From an uncultured Clostridium sp. (GTDB lineage: Bacteria; Bacillota; Clostridia; TANB77; CAG-508), in assembly GCA_964634355.1 (NCBI GenBank), contig CAZWIF010000001.1:1-50389 (forward strand): DNA of 50,389 nt, given 5' to 3'. The first letter of the stretch is position 1. Each line of letters starts with the position of its first letter. Positions 43,176 through 50,389 of this stretch are shown in pieces. A program made the translations under genes and the position numbers. Under the pieces are notes generated by a model. The model worked only from the letters and a program-made list of their open reading frames with translations. It searched no databases and was not told where the DNA came from.

Positions 43176-44096
43176 ATGGCAGTAATATCAGAATATCCAT
43201 TACATAACACAGGTCAAGAAGTTCAGACAGCGATTGACGATGCGTTAGATTCATTACCTTATCAAATAGGTTTAAAAGCTAATACGGCGGATGTTTTAAC
43301 AAAAACAAATACTGACGCTTACACTCCTACGTCTGACTATCATCCAGCAACAAAACTTTATTGTGACACAGTAAGACCTACTGTAACAATAGGACAAACA
43401 ATAACTGGAGCGGAAGGTACTGAAGCTCTTGTTACAAATACAGGAACAGAAAGAGATGCTATACTTAATTTTACAATTCCAAAAGGTGATACTGGTGATG
43501 CCGCAGGATTTGCAACGCCAACTGCTACAGCAGATACATTAGAGCCGGGCTCTGATGCTACTGCTTCTATAACGGCAAGTGGCTTAGCAACCAATAAATT
43601 ATTTGAATTTAAATTTGGTATTCCTCAAGGTATTCAAGGTATCCAGGGTATTCAAGGATTTTATGTAGATGATATAACAAGAACATCTGGAACTGGTGCT
43701 GCTGGAACAACAGACACTTATACGATGTATTTAAACGATGAAAATAAAACAATCGCTGGAACATTTAATATCTATAATGGTGCAGATGGTGAAGGTGCTG
43801 GTACGGTTACAAGTGTTGGGTTGGTTAATTCAGATAACTCATTAGAAGTTACAAATTCACCAATCACTTCAAATGGTGATATAGCTATTAATCACATTAA
43901 TTCTATAACGGCACAAAATAATCTAGCTGTTCGTGCATTATCTTTTGATGCAAATGGACATATAACTGGATATAGTACAGTTGAAGAAACTGGTTTGATG
44001 TTTAAAAATATATATGATACTGATGATAATGGAATAGTTGATGGAGCAGAATCTTTATATGATAAAGATAGCCAAATATGGTTTGAATTATCTTAA
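43176..44096 (+). CDS. Tail fibre protein with a short collagen-like GIQ repeat (306 aa)
   Basis: GIPQGIQGIQGIQG, followed by the shared GTVTSVG...ANGHITG module. Confidence 0.55.
   Translation: MAVISEYPLHNTGQEVQTAIDDALDSLPYQIGLKANTADVLTKTNTDAYTPTSDYHPATKLYCDTVRPTVTIGQTITGAEGTEALVTNTGTERDAILNFTIPKGDTGDAAGFATPTATADTLEPGSDATASITASGLATNKLFEFKFGIPQGIQGIQGIQGFYVDDITRTSGTGAAGTTDTYTMYLNDENKTIAGTFNIYNGADGEGAGTVTSVGLVNSDNSLEVTNSPITSNGDIAINHINSITAQNNLAVRALSFDANGHITGYSTVEETGLMFKNIYDTDDNGIVDGAESLYDKDSQIWFELS
43617..43658 (+). repeat. Collagen-like G-X-Y triplet repeat (GIPQGIQGIQGIQG)
   Basis: GGTATTCCTCAAGGTATTCAAGGTATCCAGGGTATTCAAGGA. Confidence 0.8.
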
Positions 44097-44111
44097 TAGA
44101 AGGTGGAATAA

Positions 44112-45224
44112 ATGGCAAGTACATCTGGAACTTTATGGAATGAAACGGTCATAGTATCTAATAAATGGTCTGGTGGAGTATTAGTTACACCAGAAGTTAA
44201 AGCTACTGCAACTTATCAATGTGAAAGAAATGGTAGCCAATTAAAAATAAAAATAGACACATCAAATCATTGTACCAGTAGAGGTGCATATTGGGATTGG
44301 AGATGGGCTTTTTCAGTTTCAGTAAACGGGACTGATATAGCTTCAAATATTCAATTAAAACCTAGGACTTATTTAAATACAATTGGTACGACAGTATACA
44401 GTGGTTCTACAGGATGGGCTACCGTAAATATAGGTTCAGCAAATTCTGTTGTAGTATCTGTTAGATATTTTGATACTCAAGCTTATAATAGCTCTTTAGA
44501 AAGACATTCTATGGGTGGAGGTTCTCTAACTTTAGGGAATATACCTCAATTACCAAGTGTATCAATAAGTCAAAATAGTAAAACGCACAATTCAATCAAA
44601 GTAAACTATTCAACAAGTGGTTCTTACGATTATGTAAGAATCTTTTTAAATAATAATAAATATGGGGATTTTACAACAAGTCCCGTTACAATTTCAAATT
44701 TAAGTCCTAATACAACATATACAATATTTGCAAAGGCACACGGCAATGGGGGTTTTGGTAGTCAAAGTAATACGCTCACTATTAAAACATATTTAACGCC
44801 TTCAACTGTAAGCTCTAGTAGTATAGATAATTTAGAGCCCTTTAGTTGTTCTGCTTATATAACTTCAAGCAATGCAAGTAATACGAGCAAATATGAGTTT
44901 GCTTTATGTGATATAAATAAAAATGTTGTACAAGGGGCATATCAAACAAATAATTCCTATTATAATTTTACTGGAATGCAGGAAGAAACTTCATACTACA
45001 TAAGATATAGAGTTCAATCAAAAGATTCTGGTTCTTGGTCTGATTATGTTTATAGCCCATTGTTTAAAACACCTGCTGACCAAGTTAGAGCTTGGGGTAA
45101 AATAGATGGCTCTTGGAATAAAGGAAAAGTATTTTTAAAAAAAGATGAACAATGGGTTAAGGCAAAGAAAGCTTATGTAAAAATAAATGGAGAATGGATT
45201 TTATCAATTAATAAATATGATTAG
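44112..45224 (+). CDS. Tail fibre-associated protein with FN3-like domains (370 aa)
   Basis: PSVSISQNSKTHNSIKVNYSTSG...ISNLSPNTTYTIFAKAHGNGG is a typical fibronectin-III pattern. A second FN3-like module follows. Confidence 0.5.
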   Translation: MASTSGTLWNETVIVSNKWSGGVLVTPEVKATATYQCERNGSQLKIKIDTSNHCTSRGAYWDWRWAFSVSVNGTDIASNIQLKPRTYLNTIGTTVYSGSTGWATVNIGSANSVVVSVRYFDTQAYNSSLERHSMGGGSLTLGNIPQLPSVSISQNSKTHNSIKVNYSTSGSYDYVRIFLNNNKYGDFTTSPVTISNLSPNTTYTIFAKAHGNGGFGSQSNTLTIKTYLTPSTVSSSSIDNLEPFSCSAYITSSNASNTSKYEFALCDINKNVVQGAYQTNNSYYNFTGMQEETSYYIRYRVQSKDSGSWSDYVYSPLFKTPADQVRAWGKIDGSWNKGKVFLKKDEQWVKAKKAYVKINGEWILSINKYD

Positions 45225-45239
45225 AAAGGGGGAAAATAA

Positions 45240-45569
45240 ATGAATGATGATTTATTTAGAAAAGATTTTTCTATATTTAAAGGAACAAATAAAAATATTG
45301 AAATTTTATTTGCATTTGGAAAAGATTGTCCTTATGAATTATCAGAAGGGGATAAATTAGTTTTAACAGTTCTTAATTATAGAAGTGATGATGAAATAGT
45401 AATACAAAAAGAAATTACTGGAGATAATATTTTTTCATTTATTCCCTCTGATACTGAAGAACTAGACACGGGATTTTATAGATATAATGTTAAATTTATG
45501 CCTGAAGATACCGAGGAAATCTATGAAATTATTGCACCTAGTATATTTCATATAGAGGCAGGTGAATAA
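45240..45569 (+). CDS. Hypothetical protein (109 aa)
   Basis: RBS AAAGGGGGA. Located in the tail-fibre locus. Confidence 0.45.
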   Translation: MNDDLFRKDFSIFKGTNKNIEILFAFGKDCPYELSEGDKLVLTVLNYRSDDEIVIQKEITGDNIFSFIPSDTEELDTGFYRYNVKFMPEDTEEIYEIIAPSIFHIEAGE

Positions 45570-45571
45570 TA

Positions 45572-45979
45572 ATGGATGAAAAAACAATATGGGAAGATTT
45601 GGGCAAAACAAATCCAAGTATAGAATCTGAAGTTATTGAAGTGGGAAATGTTAAAGATGTAGAAATAAGATGTCCAAGACCTAATATTTCAGATAATTAT
45701 AATAAATTAACAAATAAGCCTAAAATAAATGGAGTTACTTTAGAAGGAGATAAAACTGCTGCGGATTTAGGAATAGATATAGCTGACTTAAATTATGTCC
45801 ATAATCAAACCGAAGCTTCTGATGAATGGGTAATAGTTCATAATTTGAATAAATATCCGTCAGTATCTATTATTGATAGTGCAGGAGAAGAAGTGGAAGG
45901 AAATGTTCATTATGATTCCTTAAATCAAGTTACTATAACTTTTATTGGCTCTTTTAAAGGAAAGGCAACATTAAATTAA
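45572..45979 (+). CDS. Hypothetical protein (135 aa)
   Basis: Tightly packed in the tail-fibre locus. Confidence 0.45.
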   Translation: MDEKTIWEDLGKTNPSIESEVIEVGNVKDVEIRCPRPNISDNYNKLTNKPKINGVTLEGDKTAADLGIDIADLNYVHNQTEASDEWVIVHNLNKYPSVSIIDSAGEEVEGNVHYDSLNQVTITFIGSFKGKATLN

Positions 45980-45999
45980 AAAGAAAGGGGTAAAATAAT

Positions 46000-47493
46000 A
46001 TGGCAAAAAGTTTTTTAGTCGATATTAACTTAAATAAGAATGAATTACAAAATGCTATAGTACAAAACTTAGCGTCAAACCCTAGTAATCCAAAAGCTGG
46101 TCAGGTATATTTTAACACAACAACAAATAGATTTAGAGTATATACTGGAACTGAATGGGATGAAATGGGCACCGGTGGTGGAACAGTAACAAGTATAGAT
46201 GCTGCAAATACAGATGGCTCATTATCTATCTCTGGAAATCCAATAACATCATCAGGAACAATTACTGTTGACCACACAAATTCAATAACAGCTGTTACAA
46301 CTGCTGGAATTTATCCATTTAAAGTTGATGCGAATGGACATATAACAGAAACTGGAACTGCTTTGGGAAATGTCTCAGCTACTGATGCAGGTTTATTACC
46401 AGCGTCTAGTTCTGCTAATCAATCATCTACTGATGTAGAAGAAAATGATTATGTGTGGGATGCAACAACAAATAAATATTCAAAATTACCAGCGACTGCA
46501 TTTAGTGATACAACTTATACTGATGGAACAGCTGGTTATGTATTAAAAGCAAATCAAGATGGAGAAGGAAATCAAATTGATACAACTTATGCACCATTAG
46601 CAAGTCCAGCACTTACTGGCACACCAACAGCACCAAAAGCAACTGCCGGTGATAATAGTGACCAAATTGCTACTACATCATTTGTTAGTGAAGCATTAGG
46701 GGCTGTATCTGGTGCAATGCACTTTAAAGGTACAATTGGTACTGGTGGAACTGCTGGAACAACTTTACCAACTAGTAATGTAACTGTTGGTGATACATAT
46801 AAGGTAGTAACCGCTGGAACTTATGACAGCCAAGATGCTGACATTGGTGATTTATTTATAGCAATAGACACTACACCAACTTGGGCTTATGTACCATCAG
46901 GTGATGATACTGCTGTAACAAGTATTACTGCCGGCACTGGTTTAACTGGTGGAACAATAACAACCACTGGAACTATTGCTTTGGCAACGAGTGGTGTTTC
47001 AGCTGGAACTTATCAAGGTCTTACAGTAGACACTTATGGTAGAGTAACATCTGCTCAAGATATGGGATACACCACAAATAAAGGTACTGTAACAAGTGTT
47101 GGAATCATTGCTGGTGATGGCATTTCTGTATCTGGTAGTCCTATTACTGAAAGTGGAAATATAACTGTTGGGTTATCTAATTCAACAACAGCAAAAACTA
47201 CACAAGCTGTTTATCCTATTACTTTCGATAGTAATGGTTTAATTACAGGTTCTGGTAGTGCTGTAACTATTTTAAGTAAATATACTGAAACCTTAACTGG
47301 GGATTCAAGTAAAACTAGCTTTACTGTTACACACAATCTAGGAAGTAGAGATGTAACTGTTCAAGTTTATGATGGCTCTAGTTATGAGGATGTTATAGTA
47401 GATGTAACAAGAACAAGCACATCAGTTGTAACTATTGGATTTGCTAGTGCACCTGCTACAGGAGCTACTTATAAGGTTGTAATAATAGGCTAA
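46000..47493 (+). CDS. Tail fibre protein (497 aa) with two copies of the shared 60-aa module
   Basis: GTVTSIDAANTDGSLSISGNPITSSGTITVDHTNSITAV...ANGHITETG (nt about 46180-46360) and GTVTSVGIIAGDGISVSGSPITESGNITVGLSNSTTAK...SNGLITGSG (nt about 47083-47260). Confidence 0.6.
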   Translation: MAKSFLVDINLNKNELQNAIVQNLASNPSNPKAGQVYFNTTTNRFRVYTGTEWDEMGTGGGTVTSIDAANTDGSLSISGNPITSSGTITVDHTNSITAVTTAGIYPFKVDANGHITETGTALGNVSATDAGLLPASSSANQSSTDVEENDYVWDATTNKYSKLPATAFSDTTYTDGTAGYVLKANQDGEGNQIDTTYAPLASPALTGTPTAPKATAGDNSDQIATTSFVSEALGAVSGAMHFKGTIGTGGTAGTTLPTSNVTVGDTYKVVTAGTYDSQDADIGDLFIAIDTTPTWAYVPSGDDTAVTSITAGTGLTGGTITTTGTIALATSGVSAGTYQGLTVDTYGRVTSAQDMGYTTNKGTVTSVGIIAGDGISVSGSPITESGNITVGLSNSTTAKTTQAVYPITFDSNGLITGSGSAVTILSKYTETLTGDSSKTSFTVTHNLGSRDVTVQVYDGSSYEDVIVDVTRTSTSVVTIGFASAPATGATYKVVIIG

Positions 47494-47510
47494 TTTAAGG
47501 AGGTGGCTAA

Positions 47511-48074
47511 ATGCAACTATTAAGCAAATTAAATAGTCTTGATAATGTTGCTGATGGTTCTACTAGAAAGCTTCTCAAAACCGCCACTTCTAGCGGTGCT
47601 GGGAATGCAGTAACCGCAGTTAGCATTTCGGGAGACACTTTAACCTATACATTAGGTTCGGCATTTTCGTTAAGTAGCCATACTCACGATAATGTAAGCA
47701 CGTCAGCAGCGGGTTTTATGTCTGCTGCTGATAAAATTAAATTAAATGGCATTCAAACTGGTGCTACGGCTACAAGTTTTAAGCAAATTTTAAGTGATGG
47801 AGTTCAAATTGGCTCTATTACAATAAATGGCACAGAAACAAAATTATACGCACCAAGTACAGGGGATGTTACAACATCTTTATCCAGTCCTAATGAGACG
47901 TATTATTTAACTGGCGTTAAAACTACAACGGCTGGAAGTACAAATTTAATTAACTCATATTTATCTTCTAATTACTCTGGAGTTAAATATGTTACTTCTA
48001 CATCTGAAGAAGGTGGAAGTTTATATGTTGATGACCGAGAAGTCGTCACGGGATTATATTATGAAATTTCATAG
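47511..48074 (+). CDS. Tail fibre protein (187 aa)
   Basis: HTHDNVSTSAAGFMSAADKIKLNGI is the common phage-fibre AG.MSA.DK.KLdgI motif. Confidence 0.5.
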   Translation: MQLLSKLNSLDNVADGSTRKLLKTATSSGAGNAVTAVSISGDTLTYTLGSAFSLSSHTHDNVSTSAAGFMSAADKIKLNGIQTGATATSFKQILSDGVQIGSITINGTETKLYAPSTGDVTTSLSSPNETYYLTGVKTTTAGSTNLINSYLSSNYSGVKYVTSTSEEGGSLYVDDREVVTGLYYEIS

Positions 48075-48156
48075 GACGCAAATAAGTTTGCATCCATAAA
48101 AATAGGGCACGAGTAAACTCATACCTATTAAAATAAAAAGAAAGGAGAGATAATTA

Positions 48157-50115
48157 ATGGCTACAGTTAAGTTTTTTAATGACAAAGAAAAAACAACGCA
48201 GGTATATCCTGATATCGACCCAGATGGAAATTATCCTGGGGTTACAGTTGGCTTAGCGAATAACCTTGTATCACCAGATGGCGTTGCCGATTCAGACACC
48301 TGGAACTATCGTACAACCGGTGGAGACCAAGACATTGCCGATGGATATGCCGATTTGCAACGCCTTGTTGGAACAACATTATCTTCAACAATTGAAGAAG
48401 ATTTGGTCTACAACTTGCTTACAACAGGAGTAAGTGCCGTAACCGTAGATAGAGCCACATTCAAAACACAAATCGCTACAACCGGAACATACAACTTTAT
48501 CTATACGCCAACAATCACATATACATCTGCTTTAGTATATTCATTAAATAAAAGCACCTTTGCTAAATATGTGTCACAAGCAACTGGAACATATACATTT
48601 GAATATAAGGCTGTTGTATCACCAGTAGACACATCAAGCGTTATAAGCACATTTACACAGGATACATTTGTTAGCAAAATTAATGAAGAGCCAAGCACTT
48701 ATACATTTACTTATGATGGCACAGATTGGTTATTAGATGAAGTCATAGTAACAATGAGTGAATATGGTATTGTAACGAATGGAAACGAAACAGAAGGTAC
48801 AACAATCACCGTATACTATACAAGCAACTCTTGGTATGTGGGAACTTCAACGGTTTCAGTAAGCAATTATGGTATAGCGACAACAGGTTCAGAATCCGTT
48901 GGAGATACAATCACAATTTCATATACATCAAATGATTGGATGTTAAATGATGAAGCCGTAACACTTGCTGATTATGGCATCACAATCACTACTGGTTCAC
49001 CAATAGTTGATGATAATATCCAAATTGTATTCATTGCTGAACAAATTGGTGTTATTCAAGTTGCAAATCCAACCGGATTATATAGTGTTGGTTTGAATCA
49101 ATTTGATAAAGATGGCTCACAAATATTCAAAAATTATACAATAAGTTCAGCTGGAGCAATAAGTGCTGCAAGTGGATATTATGTAATTTATTTTAAATGT
49201 TTAGGAGGAAAGACATATACAATTTATAATAGTGTTGCATCATCAACAGTGAGAGTTGGATATATTTCAAGTGTTCCAAATACATCATCTAGTGTAACAT
49301 TATTAAGCACATCAAGTACCGCATCAAGTGGGCAAAGCTTAACAAACACAAATTATATATCTTATTATACACCTACATCTAATGGTTATTTATGTGTAGC
49401 GACAAGTGACATTGACAATTTATGTTGTCATCTAATTTGGTCTGGATATAATGATGACGTATATGAAACATATTTTGATTATACATTACCAATACCTTAT
49501 AATGATGAAAGTGGTAATCAAATAACAGATTATGGACTTTGTTATTTAAGTGCGGTTTATTATGATGAAATTGATTTAGAGGAATTAAAATGGTATAAGA
49601 GAACTGATAGAATGGCTTATAGTGTCGAAAACTTGGCAACTGTACAAGCAATGAATGTACCATATTTATATGACTCAACTTGGATTTATTATGGTATTGA
49701 CACTATCACTTATAATTTATCTGATATCTCGTATGCTTATAGAGTAAGTGACTTTGGTACGGAGCAATTTATTGGAACGACATTAGAATTAAATGCTAAT
49801 ATATTCTATGAGCAAAACTTAAAGGACAAATTAAGACGTAGTGTTGAAGTAATTGAGAATAAAGTTGAAAGCGTAAGCAGCAGTTCAACACATACTGAAT
49901 ATCCAAGTGCTAAATGTGTTTATAATCTTGATAACGCATTAAGACATATACTTGGACTTGATGTGGATACGTTCTCTACAACAAGTACATATGCAGTTGG
50001 GGACTATGTTGTGTATAGTGGCAAACTATGGAAATGCACAACAGCAATTACAAGTGCTGGTAAATGGACTGGTACGACCAACTGGACTGAAAGTTATCTG
50101 TTCAAAGCTTCTTAA
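48157..50115 (+). CDS. Receptor-binding/tail fibre protein with three tandem ~35-aa repeats and a C-terminal CBM5/12-like carbohydrate-binding motif (652 aa)
   Basis: Repeats ...(S/A)(E/N/D)YGI.T.G.E..G.TIT..YTSN.W at nt about 48700-49035. C-terminus YAVGDYVVYSGKLWKCTTAITSAGKWTGTTNW. Confidence 0.6.
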   Translation: MATVKFFNDKEKTTQVYPDIDPDGNYPGVTVGLANNLVSPDGVADSDTWNYRTTGGDQDIADGYADLQRLVGTTLSSTIEEDLVYNLLTTGVSAVTVDRATFKTQIATTGTYNFIYTPTITYTSALVYSLNKSTFAKYVSQATGTYTFEYKAVVSPVDTSSVISTFTQDTFVSKINEEPSTYTFTYDGTDWLLDEVIVTMSEYGIVTNGNETEGTTITVYYTSNSWYVGTSTVSVSNYGIATTGSESVGDTITISYTSNDWMLNDEAVTLADYGITITTGSPIVDDNIQIVFIAEQIGVIQVANPTGLYSVGLNQFDKDGSQIFKNYTISSAGAISAASGYYVIYFKCLGGKTYTIYNSVASSTVRVGYISSVPNTSSSVTLLSTSSTASSGQSLTNTNYISYYTPTSNGYLCVATSDIDNLCCHLIWSGYNDDVYETYFDYTLPIPYNDESGNQITDYGLCYLSAVYYDEIDLEELKWYKRTDRMAYSVENLATVQAMNVPYLYDSTWIYYGIDTITYNLSDISYAYRVSDFGTEQFIGTTLELNANIFYEQNLKDKLRRSVEVIENKVESVSSSSTHTEYPSAKCVYNLDNALRHILGLDVDTFSTTSTYAVGDYVVYSGKLWKCTTAITSAGKWTGTTNWTESYLFKAS

Positions 50116-50258
50116 GATTTGAATGGACAATCTTGAAAGTCTGAGATACAAGCATCAGCTTGCGTCTTGGGAAGAATCATATTTATTTAAAGCATCGTAA
50201 GATGCTTCTTGGGATGAGCTACGCTCGTTCTTAAAACTAATTAAAAAAATAAAAGTAA

Positions 50259-50286
50259 GATGACCTTAGGGTTGTCTTTCTTTTGG
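50259..50286 (+). terminator. Rho-independent terminator
   Basis: GATGACC (50259-50265) / GGTTGTC (50270-50276) with two G.U pairs and loop TTAG, followed by TTTCTTTTGG. Confidence 0.45.
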
Positions 50287-50304
50287 TATGAAAGGAGAAA
50301 ATTT

Positions 50305-50389
50305 ATGATTAAATTATTATCCCGTATTTTAGGCGGGGGGGGCGAACAAGCTTCGCTTCACAAAAGAAAAATCAATACAGAAAGGAAGA
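50305..50389 (+). CDS. 5' end of an ORF running off the window (MIKLLSRILGGGGEQASLHKRKINTERK...)
   Basis: The ATG at 50305 lies 8 nt after AAAGGAGA. Contains a G8 tract at 50335-50342. Truncated by the window edge. Confidence 0.3.
   Translation, partial: MIKLLSRILGGGGEQASLHKRKINTERK

Noticed and set aside
1-50389. CRISPR arrays, rRNA, tRNA, integrase/att sites and a DGR reverse transcriptase.
   Set aside because: I saw no regularly spaced direct repeats, no rRNA-like or cloverleaf sequences, and no tyrosine/serine recombinase or RT motifs in any ORF.

Overview
AT-rich tailed-phage (siphovirus-type) genome or prophage segment from a low-GC Gram-positive-like host. This is suggested by AGGAGG-type RBSs, ATG/TTG/GTG starts and TTGACA/TATAAT promoters. 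Almost all genes are on the + strand. Order: an early block of small proteins, including a very acidic 70-aa protein and a GHKL-type ATPase (0.5-4.1 kb); an inverted two-gene cassette on the - strand (Bro-N-like plus SF2-helicase-like, 4.1-6.05 kb) with divergent near-consensus promoters at 6.07-6.13 kb; a HAD nucleotidase; a 918-aa YonO-like single-subunit two-barrel RNA polymerase (DFDGD motif); a metallophosphoesterase; then terS, terL, portal, protease/scaffold, capsid, connector genes, tail tube, tape measure, baseplate and a long tail-fibre locus. The outstanding feature is intron load. I infer six group I introns, about 5.2 kb or roughly 10% of the window. One ORF-less intron splits terL exactly inside the Walker A motif. 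Five more fragment the tape-measure gene and fall into two lineages: three carry paralogous Zn-ribbon plus DUF559/Vsr-like homing endonuclease genes, and two are ORF-deleted derivatives that still keep the RBS and first codons of the lost ORF. The last two tape-measure introns are tandem homologues separated by a 25-nt spacer, and retaining that spacer would shift the reading frame. I saw no rRNA, tRNA, CRISPR array, integrase, DNA polymerase or recognisable endolysin. All family assignments come from motif recognition by eye, not from searches.
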